Positions 18,473 to 28,565 of a stretch of 53,311 nucleotides of DNA are shown piece by piece (positions within the stretch are counted from its first letter, which is position 1; every line of letters begins with the position of its first letter). The notes under the pieces are model-generated. The model did not search any database. It worked only from the letters and a program-made list of their open reading frames with translations, and was not told where the DNA came from. The DNA is from a virus. A program made the translations under genes and the position numbers. The stretch is from IMG/VR virus record IMGVR_UViG_3300045988_149090; one strand, given 5' to 3'.

Positions 18473-21400
18473 TTATTCCCCTGTATAGCCGACTATGATG
18501 CCGCCCCTCACGATAAGTCTTATTTTGTCAAGGTCGGGATTCTGGGCGGCACCATCCCCCCAGTTCACACCCTCGTTATACACGTATGTACCGTCGGAAT
18601 TGCGGCTCTTGATGTACCGGAACCCTTTCGACGCACAAACATCACTTGTCAATCCGCTACCGGTATCCCTTACATCTACCGGACCCACAAAGAACCCGGC
18701 ATAGGTCATACCGCTGGCCGGGTAGGTTAAGGAGCCTATCGATGCGTATATAGCGGCCCCACCGGATGTCGCCCCGACTGATTTTACGCCAAACCGCCCA
18801 CTGGTAGCGCCATTGAAGGCCACGTCCACGATCCCCTCCGTCGAGGAACTCGAGACTCCCAGTTTCAAACTCCGGGAATCGTTTCCGAAATAATCGCGGC
18901 TCTTCCAATACAGACGGCCGGAATCGATGGTAAAGCCGCCAATCTTACCGCCGCTCGCCTTGACAGTACCGCTGATGTTCGCGTTCCGGGTCTCGATACT
19001 CCCGTCCGTGAGGACCTTGAAATAGCCGTTAGCCGTAACAAGCCCCTCCAGTTTGATTTGGTCGGCTTTAATGGTGACACCGGAAACAAGATTGCCGAAC
19101 TCGTCACGCTTGACATAGACATTCAGTTCCGCCTTCTTTACAAGCCCGTTGCTTGTAACGCCCTCAGCGAACAGCTTGGAAAAATTGGCGGTAGTCACCA
19201 ACCCGGATTTATTCCGCAATTCCCCGTTCTCATCGAAATGGACAGAAATCAGCCTGTTATATTTGGCCGTCGTGATAATGGAGGATGCCTCCAGCACATT
19301 GCCGTCCTTATCGAAATTCGCCGCCGCGATTCGGATCATCTTCTCCGACTGGTCGAAGAACGTGGCATACTTATACGCCAGGGCATCCGTCCGGTCTGTC
19401 GAGAACACCAACAAGGACACTTGGATAACACCCGTGAACGACAGCTTGAAGTCACCGGTCCCGTTCCACAGCCCGGAATGGTTGAATACCTTCTCCCCAC
19501 CGACCGGCAAATCACCGTCGTAAGCGAACATGTTGAAATTCTCGTATCCGTTCTTGTTGGAATTGACAAACTCGATACGCAGGTGTCCGGCCTCGATCAC
19601 CTTGTAATGGAAGGACAGGTAGACATAGCCCGGAATGCGAAGCCCGTCCCCGTTCAACTCCTTGAAATCGGGAATCGTGCGGAAATCCCCGTTCTTCTGC
19701 ATGATATAACTGTTCGTTATCCTGACGTAAGGAACCTTGCCGGTCTTTACGACCTCCACGTTGCCGTTCTCGCTCGATACTAACAGTTTGTTACCGGCAA
19801 GAATCCACTTGCCGCCGAAAGTCAGGAACGCGGCCTTGTACCCGCTTATCCATTTACTCATCCCCTCGGTAAACGTGGTGTTATCGAAAAAGCTCTGCTC
19901 CTCCCTCACCTCGTCGCGCAGACCCTCCACGGCTGATTGTATCTTACCCTCCGTAATTTCAAATTTCGTCAGGATATCCTCGCCGGTCATGAGGACGAAC
20001 GTACCTTTCAAATATACGTTGTCGCCATAGAGACCGTTCCCGTGTGGTTGGCTATTCGCCGGGAAAGCACTGTCCTTGATACCGTCAAGATTACCCACCC
20101 GGCAGCGCAAACAGCCGTTGAAGTTTTTCGCCATCACGCCATCCAGTATGTCAACACGTGGCTGGCCGTCCTCGGTAGCTGCTATGCTGATCAGGTTCTG
20201 CCGGAGCGGGTTTTCCGTGTTACCCATAAGTACACACTCATCGCCCGCCTTCGGTTCCGTCCCACCAAACTCCCTCTGGGGTACCGTTATCCCTTCCGCA
20301 TCGCCTTCCGACACTTCCACCCAGTAACCCCGAATCTCCGCCCCCGTAAAAACGGCACAGCGCATCAGGTCGTGCGCCACGAACGTGTTCTCTTGCTCAA
20401 AGGAGATGCGGTAATTGTTGCCCTCCTTGGTCACGGTCTTGATCTTACCGTTGGCGGCGGAGACAACCAGCTGCCCCCTTACGCTGCGTACCGTTTCTAT
20501 GAGCAGCTCCAGAGCCACCAACGTCTGCCGGATGGTCGCCTTGTCTATCGTGAGATTACTCAGCCCCGTTATTTTATCTATCCATATCTGCCAACCCTCG
20601 CCGAACATGCCGTCCACGAAACGGGTACTGCGGAGCAATTCCCGGATAACAGCCGTCAGAAACTCGGCGTTCCCGTCGCCGTCAACATTGCCTCCGGATT
20701 CACCGGCTTTGTAATCCCCAAAATAAGCCCCTTTCAGAAAACCGATCACCTCGGCAGCGGTATCCCGATGGCGTTTACTCAGGAATTCCCTTTGGCTTCT
20801 TTTTGCCGAGAAAAGGTTGTTGTCGGTCGGCAGCGTATTATCGAAGCTCCGGATAATATCGGGAAGCCCGGAACTTTCGGCCTTGGCTTTCGTATAGCTT
20901 TTCAATTCCCCTATACTGTCGTTTACCCTGTCAAATTTCGATACCTGCAGGGCGTCGCTGATCTCCAGGTCCATCTCCCCGGGAAGGTTTACCTTACGGG
21001 TGATCTTCGTAATGCGGCTCCTGCGGTAGCCGTCCTTTGGGAAATACTCGGCACTCTCCAAACGCACACGCCGGCCGACAAACAAATCGACTTCCTGCTG
21101 CTCGATCCACACATGATCGGTCGGAGCCTTGTAAGCGGCGATATCCAGCCAGTGGTCCTTGTTGTATTCGTCCACCGCAGTCGCAAATTCCTCCTCTGCC
21201 AGCCGGTAATACTTATCCGGCATCCGGATGTTCCAAAGGACATAGGTGTCCCCGGCCTTCGGGACGAGCTTGCCGCCCGGAAGCTGCGTATCATCACCGT
21301 AAGGCCAGATCGTGATGATCTCAAACTCACGGGTGGCGCTATCGAAATTCACCTCGAAATAATGGTCGTCCCCCTCTCCCAGCCCGGAAAGGTCACCGCT

Positions 21401-22342
21401 CTGGAAGGAGACGCGTTTCGTCTCACCGGCCAACTCATAATCGTTAGGATCGAAATCCATCCCGCCGTCCTTGAAGTAATAGACGGTAAAGGCCTTACCT
21501 TCCTCGTCCGTCACCTCCTCACTGCGGACACTGCTTACCGTTCCCACCCGCCGGGGATAGATATCGCTGAAGGCGGCCTGTTCGTAGTGGTCATAGATAC
21601 CGTACTCGTCCACGCCCACCTCCACGTACTTCTTTTTTCCGGGGAGCATCAGACGGGGGCTGCCGTACTTCTCGGCGTCGATGTTCCGGCTGCTGCCGAT
21701 CGGGAAAAGGCGTGTGTAGAACTTCGCCGTATTGCTCGTATCCCGCTCCAGGGAGGTCAGCCCCTTGCCGTATCCCAACGTGATCTCCTCACCGTGTTCG
21801 CAACGGCACACGTTTACCGTCTGCCCCTCGACCCACCACTCGGCCTTGCCTCCCACCTTGCCGGCGATCTCCTTCAAAGCCTGGTCGCAGTACATGCCCT
21901 CATAGTCGATCACGATAAGATCGGTACCGTCCACCTGCCCCACCTTCCAGTCGGTAATGTTACCCATGCCGTCGTTGATGGCCTTCACCACCATCGCCAC
22001 ATGGTCCCGCGGCGTGGCCGTCAATGTAAACAGGGGATTGGTGTCGCCGTCCGTTGTCTCCAGCACGAGAAAACGCCTGATCAGGCTCTCGATACCGTAC
22101 AGCTTCAGGTTATACTCCCACTCGCTCCCGCTTTTCTCTTTCGGGGTGTACCGCTCCGTCAGCCAGTACCGCTCGCCCATGTAGTCCGTGAAGTCGCCTA
22201 CATCAAGGGGGATATGGGCATAATGCGTGAAGGAGAGCGCCAGCACGTTGTCGCCCTGCACCTCCTTGCTCTGCGTCGAACTGTCACTTGCAGCCACGTC
22301 CGCACGCTTGGCCCCGGCTTTATCGTATATCGTTAGAAGCAT
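18473..22342 (-). CDS. Large tail tip / baseplate-hub (Tal-like) protein, 1289 aa
   Basis: It sits after the tape measure and the Dit-like gene. Its size and position are typical of a siphovirus tail-associated protein. Confidence 0.6.
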   Translation of the reverse strand: MLLTIYDKAGAKRADVAASDSSTQSKEVQGDNVLALSFTHYAHIPLDVGDFTDYMGERYWLTERYTPKEKSGSEWEYNLKLYGIESLIRRFLVLETTDGDTNPLFTLTATPRDHVAMVVKAINDGMGNITDWKVGQVDGTDLIVIDYEGMYCDQALKEIAGKVGGKAEWWVEGQTVNVCRCEHGEEITLGYGKGLTSLERDTSNTAKFYTRLFPIGSSRNIDAEKYGSPRLMLPGKKKYVEVGVDEYGIYDHYEQAAFSDIYPRRVGTVSSVRSEEVTDEEGKAFTVYYFKDGGMDFDPNDYELAGETKRVSFQSGDLSGLGEGDDHYFEVNFDSATREFEIITIWPYGDDTQLPGGKLVPKAGDTYVLWNIRMPDKYYRLAEEEFATAVDEYNKDHWLDIAAYKAPTDHVWIEQQEVDLFVGRRVRLESAEYFPKDGYRRSRITKITRKVNLPGEMDLEISDALQVSKFDRVNDSIGELKSYTKAKAESSGLPDIIRSFDNTLPTDNNLFSAKRSQREFLSKRHRDTAAEVIGFLKGAYFGDYKAGESGGNVDGDGNAEFLTAVIRELLRSTRFVDGMFGEGWQIWIDKITGLSNLTIDKATIRQTLVALELLIETVRSVRGQLVVSAANGKIKTVTKEGNNYRISFEQENTFVAHDLMRCAVFTGAEIRGYWVEVSEGDAEGITVPQREFGGTEPKAGDECVLMGNTENPLRQNLISIAATEDGQPRVDILDGVMAKNFNGCLRCRVGNLDGIKDSAFPANSQPHGNGLYGDNVYLKGTFVLMTGEDILTKFEITEGKIQSAVEGLRDEVREEQSFFDNTTFTEGMSKWISGYKAAFLTFGGKWILAGNKLLVSSENGNVEVVKTGKVPYVRITNSYIMQKNGDFRTIPDFKELNGDGLRIPGYVYLSFHYKVIEAGHLRIEFVNSNKNGYENFNMFAYDGDLPVGGEKVFNHSGLWNGTGDFKLSFTGVIQVSLLVFSTDRTDALAYKYATFFDQSEKMIRIAAANFDKDGNVLEASSIITTAKYNRLISVHFDENGELRNKSGLVTTANFSKLFAEGVTSNGLVKKAELNVYVKRDEFGNLVSGVTIKADQIKLEGLVTANGYFKVLTDGSIETRNANISGTVKASGGKIGGFTIDSGRLYWKSRDYFGNDSRSLKLGVSSSSTEGIVDVAFNGATSGRFGVKSVGATSGGAAIYASIGSLTYPASGMTYAGFFVGPVDVRDTGSGLTSDVCASKGFRYIKSRNSDGTYVYNEGVNWGDGAAQNPDLDKIRLIVRGGIIVGYTGE

Positions 22343-22363
22343 ATTCGAATCGTCTTTGAATGG

Positions 22364-22828
22364 TTATATAATCGGTACCGGCTCGCGGAACTTCACCTTG
22401 AATTTCCCGGCGTGGACCCCTTCCTTCCACAAATAGGTCAGCGGGGTGAACTTCGGACTGTCCGTGTATTTCACGTGCAGGGTCAGATCAAGCTGGGGAA
22501 ACGCGATGTCGAGCCACCCGTCCTTCCCTTTTTTCAGAAAATTGATGAACGCGAAGTATTTCCGCAGCCATCCCTCCTTTGTCTTGTTATACAGGGCAAA
22601 GTGCAGCGTCACGTCACGCGCCTCGTTCCTCGGGGTAAGGACCGCACTGTATTTCTCCCCGTCCTCCTCCCGTATGTCCACGGCCGTCTCCTTCTTCGTC
22701 TTGCTCGGGGTCAGGATCGCCGAGAGGTTATCCATGCCACCGCGCCGGTCCTCCACCAGGAACACGCCGTATTCCGTCCAGATGTCCGTGCCGTTCACCA
22801 GCACCAGCCCGCCCAATATATCTGCCAT
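22364..22828 (-). CDS. Distal tail protein (Dit-like), 154 aa
   Basis: Located immediately downstream of the tape measure gene (1-nt gap). The assignment is by position only. Confidence 0.45.
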   Translation of the reverse strand: MADILGGLVLVNGTDIWTEYGVFLVEDRRGGMDNLSAILTPSKTKKETAVDIREEDGEKYSAVLTPRNEARDVTLHFALYNKTKEGWLRKYFAFINFLKKGKDGWLDIAFPQLDLTLHVKYTDSPKFTPLTYLWKEGVHAGKFKVKFREPVPII

Positions 22829-22829
22829 G

Positions 22830-25800
22830 TCATTTCACTTTTAGTCCGTCACGTATCATTTTCTTTATCTCATCCTTTATCTCGCCCAGGTGGCCGGCAC
22901 TCACACCGGTGTTCTCGGCTATCCGGGCCAGGTGGCCTTCGGCCGTGTCCATCTTCTCCGACACGCTTTCCAGCCGGTCGTCCATGCTCGACCAATGTTG
23001 CAAACCGCCGGTAAACATCCCCTCCAGCTTCGTGCCCTGGTCATACGTCATGGCCGTGTAGCCGCCCGCTTTCGCGCTTTGACTGGTGCCGCCGGCTTCG
23101 GTCTTGTCGTAGCCCGTGGCCGCCGCCAGGTTGTCACGCAGGGCAAGGGCTTCATCCATATACTGCATGTACTCTTCCATCAGCGCGTTCCGTTCCGCCT
23201 CGGTCAGTTCGTTGTCCTCCATGGCCTTGCCGAACTTCTCCCACCAGCCTTTCAATTTCTCGCTATACAGCTCGCCTATCTTGTTACTCAGCATGGCTTT
23301 CATAAAGTACTCGGATATATCCTCCGCCGCATCCTTGGCACCGTACTTCATGTTCATCAGGTTGTCGATGAAGCTGCTGTACATACCATCGAATGAAATG
23401 CCCGTCAGCCCTTCATACAGCTGGTCGGTCAGTTCCTCCAGCTTGCCGGCCTGGTCTATGTAGTCATCCAGCTTCTCGGTCAGTCGCCCGCCATAGCCGC
23501 CCTTACCGGTATTCTGTATCTGCGTCCACATGTCCACGTTGCTGCGCAGCGCCTTCATCTCCTCCGGGCTCAGGCTCCACAGGTTCCCGTCCCACCGGCG
23601 GCCGATCTGTCCGCTCAGTTTGTCTATCTGTGCTTGGTTGAAACCACCCCAGTAGTAGTTCCACGAGTGGTGGCTTTTGCTGTAGCGTGCCTGTTCCTGC
23701 GCTATCTGCAGATAGTTTGCATTCGTCTCTTTCTGGTATTTGTAAGCATCCCGGTAAGCTTCCACCGATTTAGTCCCCTTGCTTGCCTTGATGGTATCGG
23801 TCAGGTCCTCAATGGAGGTCTGCAGTTTCTCGTTCCGGTCTGTAAGGCGGTCTATAGCCGCCTGCACTTCCCTGGCGTTCCCACCGATGCCGAACAGTTT
23901 GTTGAAACCTCCGAAAGACACCGTGTTCAGCAATCCCCCGATACCTTTCACAAGGGAACCGCCTATCTGTTTGAACAGGTCTCCGCTGAGGATATTGTCG
24001 AGTATTCCGGTTATCGCATTGAAAATGGTGTCTATCAATGATGAGATAATCGGGCCAATACCGTCTTTCAGCAAATCCAGTATGGAGAGAATGGCCGATA
24101 TGATCTGCCCGATGACTCCGGCACTTGACAGGGTCTCGGACATCCGGCTGATGGCATCACCGACCTTGCCTCCGATATTCAGTTTTGACAGACCGGTAAG
24201 CATATTCTGGATTCCTTCAAATGATCCCTGCAAGGTTCCGCTTGCAAAGCCGTGCAATCCGTTGGATACCATGTTCAACCCGTCAACCGTGTCCCGGGAG
24301 GCACTTTTCACCTCCCCGGCAAGCGCCTTCATTTCAGAGGTGGCGTTCAGGTATTCTTCGTCAGCTGAAGCACTGGACGATTGGGCCGTTTGAAGAGCGA
24401 TTTTGGTACGTTCTATTTCTGCCTGGTTACCGCTTTCAAGAGCCTTGTTGTAATCGGTCTGCGCCGCTTTTAACCGGGCGAATGCCGCTTCCTGCTGCAG
24501 TTCCGCATTTTGCACACGTGTTACGGCATCCCCCAAAGCGTGCATCTGCGTTTGTAACCGGGCAAAATCCAATGTGCCGTTACCACCGGGAAGCATGCTT
24601 TGAATACGTTCAATGGCATCGTAGACGACCTGCTGGTCTGCGGCTCCCGTTTTTTTGAACTCATCCGTCTTGACATACTGTTTAAGCTCGCCAAGCAGGT
24701 TCTTCATCTGGTCTGCAAGCAGGCCTGTCAAATCCCCGAATGCTGCTCCCCAGTCTATCTTTTGGGTCAGAGCTTCCATATCCACTTTATGCACAGCCGC
24801 ATCACGCTGTTTCTCCAAAGTCAGCCTTTCACCCTGGGACTGTGCCTTGCGGATTTTCTCGGCATATTCTTCAGCGATGGCCAGTTTCTGCTGCTGGAAG
24901 GTCCCGTATTCCTTCAGATAGTCACGCATGGCTTCCGCCTCTTCCCTGTACACGTCCGCCTCCGCTTTTTTCCTTGACTCGGTGTTTGAGGCACGGGCTT
25001 TTTCAAGTTCATCCTGTTGCTCCCGGGTAAGTCCGTTATCTCCGGTGGAAAGACCGGCTTCCTTGTTCTCACGCTTCCAGTCGGCTTCCTGCCGGTTTAT
25101 CTCTTCTTTCCGGGCGTTATAGTCATATTCGATTTGTGCCAGTTTCTTTTCGGTACCGGCTTGCATACGGTCTATCTCTTCCTTCCGGTTCTCGGCCTGC
25201 AGGGCGGCAAGATCCTGCGCCAGCCTGCGCTCTATGGCAAGCCGTTGCTTGGCTTCCGCTTCCGGATTCTTCCCGGACTGCTTGGGGTCGATATGTCCGC
25301 CGATATTTCCTTTTTTGGCTGCTTCTGCCGCTTTCTTTACCTCTTCCTCCGCTTTTTTCAGATAACCGTCGCGTTTGTTTTCGGCATTTTTCAACAGTAT
25401 GTCATAAGCTTCCTGATCATGTTTCTTAATGGCAGCCTGTGCGTCATAGAACTGCCCGGATTCTGCCATGCTTGACTGTATGATATATTGTCCCCATTTC
25501 CCGAAAAAACCCATGGCGCTTTCCGCCTCTTCCGGTTTCTGCGCCTTGATTTTATTCACCTCTTCATCGGCTTCTGCAGCTTTTTTTACAAGGTTCTGGA
25601 CATTGGCCTGGTGCAGCAGAACCTGTACATAGTCCTCGCTCTTTTGGATAAGGGTATCATACCATTCGGAAAGTGTTTTATAATACCCGAAAGATTCCCC
25701 GTACTTGCGGTTCAGTTCCTCTACCTTCGCCTTTTCCTGTTCCTTGCTGCCGGTGAAGTTCTTTATTTCATCGATGACCGATTTCAGTTCGAAGCGGGTA

Positions 25801-26477
25801 CGCACCATCTGGGCACGGCCGTCCTTCTCTATCTCGGTCATTTCCTTGAGTGATATGTTGAATTCATCCACGCCTTTTTTGGCACTGAACAGGTTTTTCG
25901 TCCAATCCCAGATTTCATCACCGTACATTACCAGCAGCATGATGCCGGTGGTCATGGCCGTCTGCCAGGAAAAGAGCGAGGACAGGACCTGTTTCCATAC
26001 CGGTGTGCCTTTCTTGCCTGACTTCTGCAGCTCATCATATTCCTTACGGGCACGGGCCAGTTCGTCCGTAAAAATCGGCAGGTTGTTGGATATGGCCAGA
26101 AAGAACATCTGCGGTCCCATGGCCAAAGAAGGCATTTCACGTGCCATCTGCTGGATGCTGTTGTGAAGCCCGTTGAACTGGCGCTGTGCATTGGGCATGT
26201 CTGCAGGGGTGACCTGCACGGATTCCGATTCCTCCTGCAGCAGTTTCAGTTTGCCACGCAATTCCTCAAGCTGCTTCTCCAGTGCATGGATCTGCGCGAT
26301 ATTGGCACTCTGGTCCAGATTGGGGGCAGCCGTCTCCCCGGCAAGGCGCAGCCTTTCCAGTTCAGCCTCCAGCAGTCTGACGGTATTACGCAGTTCCAGC
26401 GCCTCACGCTCGGCCTTGTTCATGCCGGGCGTGAGTTTGTCCTTCATCAAAAATTCAACTTCTACAGGTTTGCTCAT
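22830..26477 (-). CDS. Tail tape measure protein, 1215 aa
   Basis: Long, with coiled-coil-rich and Gly-rich hydrophobic segments (GVIGQIISAILSILDLL...). It is preceded by a frameshifted chaperone pair. Confidence 0.85.
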   Translation of the reverse strand: MSKPVEVEFLMKDKLTPGMNKAEREALELRNTVRLLEAELERLRLAGETAAPNLDQSANIAQIHALEKQLEELRGKLKLLQEESESVQVTPADMPNAQRQFNGLHNSIQQMAREMPSLAMGPQMFFLAISNNLPIFTDELARARKEYDELQKSGKKGTPVWKQVLSSLFSWQTAMTTGIMLLVMYGDEIWDWTKNLFSAKKGVDEFNISLKEMTEIEKDGRAQMVRTRFELKSVIDEIKNFTGSKEQEKAKVEELNRKYGESFGYYKTLSEWYDTLIQKSEDYVQVLLHQANVQNLVKKAAEADEEVNKIKAQKPEEAESAMGFFGKWGQYIIQSSMAESGQFYDAQAAIKKHDQEAYDILLKNAENKRDGYLKKAEEEVKKAAEAAKKGNIGGHIDPKQSGKNPEAEAKQRLAIERRLAQDLAALQAENRKEEIDRMQAGTEKKLAQIEYDYNARKEEINRQEADWKRENKEAGLSTGDNGLTREQQDELEKARASNTESRKKAEADVYREEAEAMRDYLKEYGTFQQQKLAIAEEYAEKIRKAQSQGERLTLEKQRDAAVHKVDMEALTQKIDWGAAFGDLTGLLADQMKNLLGELKQYVKTDEFKKTGAADQQVVYDAIERIQSMLPGGNGTLDFARLQTQMHALGDAVTRVQNAELQQEAAFARLKAAQTDYNKALESGNQAEIERTKIALQTAQSSSASADEEYLNATSEMKALAGEVKSASRDTVDGLNMVSNGLHGFASGTLQGSFEGIQNMLTGLSKLNIGGKVGDAISRMSETLSSAGVIGQIISAILSILDLLKDGIGPIISSLIDTIFNAITGILDNILSGDLFKQIGGSLVKGIGGLLNTVSFGGFNKLFGIGGNAREVQAAIDRLTDRNEKLQTSIEDLTDTIKASKGTKSVEAYRDAYKYQKETNANYLQIAQEQARYSKSHHSWNYYWGGFNQAQIDKLSGQIGRRWDGNLWSLSPEEMKALRSNVDMWTQIQNTGKGGYGGRLTEKLDDYIDQAGKLEELTDQLYEGLTGISFDGMYSSFIDNLMNMKYGAKDAAEDISEYFMKAMLSNKIGELYSEKLKGWWEKFGKAMEDNELTEAERNALMEEYMQYMDEALALRDNLAAATGYDKTEAGGTSQSAKAGGYTAMTYDQGTKLEGMFTGGLQHWSSMDDRLESVSEKMDTAEGHLARIAENTGVSAGHLGEIKDEIKKMIRDGLKVK

Positions 26478-27207
26478 TCCAGTTTGCTTTGAAAAAATCC
26501 TACTATATCGTTCGCTTCATCCTCGGCGCTGTGTTCCGGTCTGGGAGCACCGTTTCCGCCGCCTTGCTTTTTCCGCACATACCGCGGCGCGTCGTTCAGC
26601 ATCATGATCAGCGTCTGGTAATTCACACCGTCCAGAATGTAGTCCACACTCCAGCCCGTTGCACTCGCTATCTGCCACACGAAGCCGAAAGGGCTATGGG
26701 AACCCTCATACCGGGTTCTTAACTCCCCTTCCTTGCCTGGCTCAGTCTCGGAGTCATCGGGTTCGCCCGCGCTGTCGAGCTGATAATACGCATAAAATCC
26801 TTCGTGCCCATCAGACGCTCGAATGTCCGGAACATAGCCGTCAGATAGCGCCACTCCACAAAGTTCCGCAGCACCCATGCCGTCACCCCGATACCCACGT
26901 GCCGCGACACGTAGCCCCGGCATACCGTATAGGCCAGCAGACGGCTCACGGCCTTGCCATGCTCCGCCACAAAGGCCAGTTCCTCGGCCTTGTCCTTCGG
27001 TTGCCAGTCGGGGTTGATACCCATCTTCAGATATTCCCTGGCCAACAATATCTGACCCCGCAGTCTCGGACGCTTCATCGTCACACGTACCTCCACCGGG
27101 CGTTTCAGCCACGGAAACTTCCACCTTTTAAGCAAAACGGACACGCCACTGTCAAGCAGCGCGTCCGCACACTCCATCTCTATCAGTTGTTCCAGCCGGT
27201 CAGCCAT
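26474..27207 (-). CDS. Tail assembly chaperone, putative -1 frameshift fusion product (GT-like)
   Basis: The -1 frame (ORF 26474-27124) continues about 80 codons past the 0-frame stop and ends with an ATGA overlap on the tape measure start. The slippery site was not located. Confidence 0.45.
26719..27207 (-). CDS. Tail assembly chaperone (G-like), 162 aa
   Basis: ATG start. It lies between the major tail and tape measure genes. The overlapping -1 frame stays open down to 26474. Confidence 0.6.
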   Translation of the reverse strand: MADRLEQLIEMECADALLDSGVSVLLKRWKFPWLKRPVEVRVTMKRPRLRGQILLAREYLKMGINPDWQPKDKAEELAFVAEHGKAVSRLLAYTVCRGYVSRHVGIGVTAWVLRNFVEWRYLTAMFRTFERLMGTKDFMRIISSTARANPMTPRLSQARKGS

Positions 27208-27210
27208 ACG

Positions 27211-27786
27211 TTAGCCCTCCTCGCTTTGGAGCGATGCTGCAGCCGCGGCTTCCGCCGGCGGCAGCTTGTACTGCCCCCACTCGTCCGGTATTGCTTCCGT
27301 ATCGAACACGCCGTAAGGCTGCGAACCGTCCTCCGGCATCGCCACTTCGAGCGTAACCTCTATCTTGGAGGTTTCCGTAAGGGTCAGCTTGCCTGCAGGA
27401 TTGGAAAGCAGCGTGGCGTTGGGAATCAGTACGCTCTGTCCGGACACGAGGGAGAGTTCCCATGGTCCCTGCATGACAAGCACCTCCGATGGGGCTGTCC
27501 AGCCGATCGGAGTTTTCTTTTCCGAATCTTCTTTCTTATAATGCAGGCTGCCGCCAAGCAGTTTGTGCAGGTTCGAATAGTTCATCTGGATAACGTTAAA
27601 TGTCGGGGCGATGCCGCCGTTACTCTGTGGGATGACCAGCACCGGGGCACCCTGCACCTGTTCGGCCTCGATCTTCGCGGCCTCGGGTTTCTTGCCGCCC
27701 AGGTCAAACGAGTTCTTTTCAATATACCCGATTGTGAAATCCTTATACTTTACGGCTCCTATGCCGTACATAAAATTCTTGTTCAT
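27211..27786 (-). CDS. Major tail (tube) protein, 191 aa from the ATG at 27786
   Basis: Assigned by position upstream of the chaperones. The MNKNFMYGIG start overlaps the preceding stop by 4 nt. Confidence 0.5.
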   Translation of the reverse strand: MNKNFMYGIGAVKYKDFTIGYIEKNSFDLGGKKPEAAKIEAEQVQGAPVLVIPQSNGGIAPTFNVIQMNYSNLHKLLGGSLHYKKEDSEKKTPIGWTAPSEVLVMQGPWELSLVSGQSVLIPNATLLSNPAGKLTLTETSKIEVTLEVAMPEDGSQPYGVFDTEAIPDEWGQYKLPPAEAAAAASLQSEEG

Positions 27787-28349
27787 CTTTTTTTCAGTTT
27801 CATTGTTAATAACATACCGACAAGCAAGCCGGCAACCATTCCCCAAGTAAACACCCGCACCGGGTTCGGAGGACGTTTTTCCTCCGTTTGAACGTCATTT
27901 GAAATTTCGTTCTTGGTCTCGCTACGGATACGCGCCAGCTCTTCTTCATACCATAGCACCAGCTGCTGCAGACTGTCACACGAGGCTTCGGCCACGATGT
28001 TCCCGCTGTCGTCGCTGCCTACGGTCAGATTCGCCTGTCCACTCTTCCCGCGATACACCGCCCCTTCAGGAAGTTTACGGAGGCTGTCCGCCGGTATAGT
28101 CAGCTTCACCGAACTCGCCGGTACCCCCGCCATCACCAGTCCCGCCCGTCGACTTCCGCTCGCGCTGTCGGCGCTTGCCGTTTCCGTCCGGACTTCCCGG
28201 TTCATGCTCTTTCGGTGACTCGCGCAACCTGTCAAGCACAGGGCAATCGTCACGATGAGGACAGTTCCCGGCTGTATCAATAGCTTTTCTAAGACGGGCC
28301 ATCTCACGTGTATTGCGGGCCAGTTCTTTCTTTGTTTCACAAAATTCAT
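27783..28349 (-). CDS. Spanin-like lipoprotein (lipobox LTGC, C-terminal TM helix), overlapping the upstream gene out of frame
   Basis: ATG at 28349 lies inside 28075-28551. Sequence features: IVTIALCLTGCASH lipobox and C-terminal VFTWGMVAGLLVGMLLTMKLKKR. Confidence 0.55.
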   Translation of the reverse strand: MNFVKQRKNWPAIHVRWPVLEKLLIQPGTVLIVTIALCLTGCASHRKSMNREVRTETASADSASGSRRAGLVMAGVPASSVKLTIPADSLRKLPEGAVYRGKSGQANLTVGSDDSGNIVAEASCDSLQQLVLWYEEELARIRSETKNEISNDVQTEEKRPPNPVRVFTWGMVAGLLVGMLLTMKLKKR

Positions 28350-28551
28350 CTTTCAGAGGTTTTACAATATTCTCCATCAAAATGCGGGTGGCATGTTCGG
28401 CGTTATCTATGCGCATAGCCTCTGCACCGGCCTCGGCCTTCATCGCTTCCGCTTTCGCTTTTCTCACAGTAGCCCGCAAGGAGCCAATGGTCGCCACCGT
28501 ACCAACCAGGCCGCCGCCAAGGATAATGTTCATAAATTCGCTCAAGTCCAT
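28075..28551 (-). CDS. i-spanin- or holin-like membrane protein (N-terminal TM helix plus coiled coil)
   Basis: N-terminal IILGGGLVGTVATIGSL is followed by an AKAEAMKAEAGAEAM helical region. It lies directly downstream of the endolysin. Confidence 0.5.
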   Translation of the reverse strand: MDLSEFMNIILGGGLVGTVATIGSLRATVRKAKAEAMKAEAGAEAMRIDNAEHATRILMENIVKPLKDEFCETKKELARNTREMARLRKAIDTAGNCPHRDDCPVLDRLRESPKEHEPGSPDGNGKRRQRERKSTGGTGDGGGTGEFGEADYTGGQPP

Positions 28552-28565
28552 ACCACCCGGTTTTA

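Noticed and set aside
19937-22336. 799-aa plus-strand ORF
   Set aside because: It is the antisense shadow of the 1289-aa tail-tip gene. The same low-complexity character applies to 46667-48145 (antisense to the transposase), 26659-27891 and 22412-23014.
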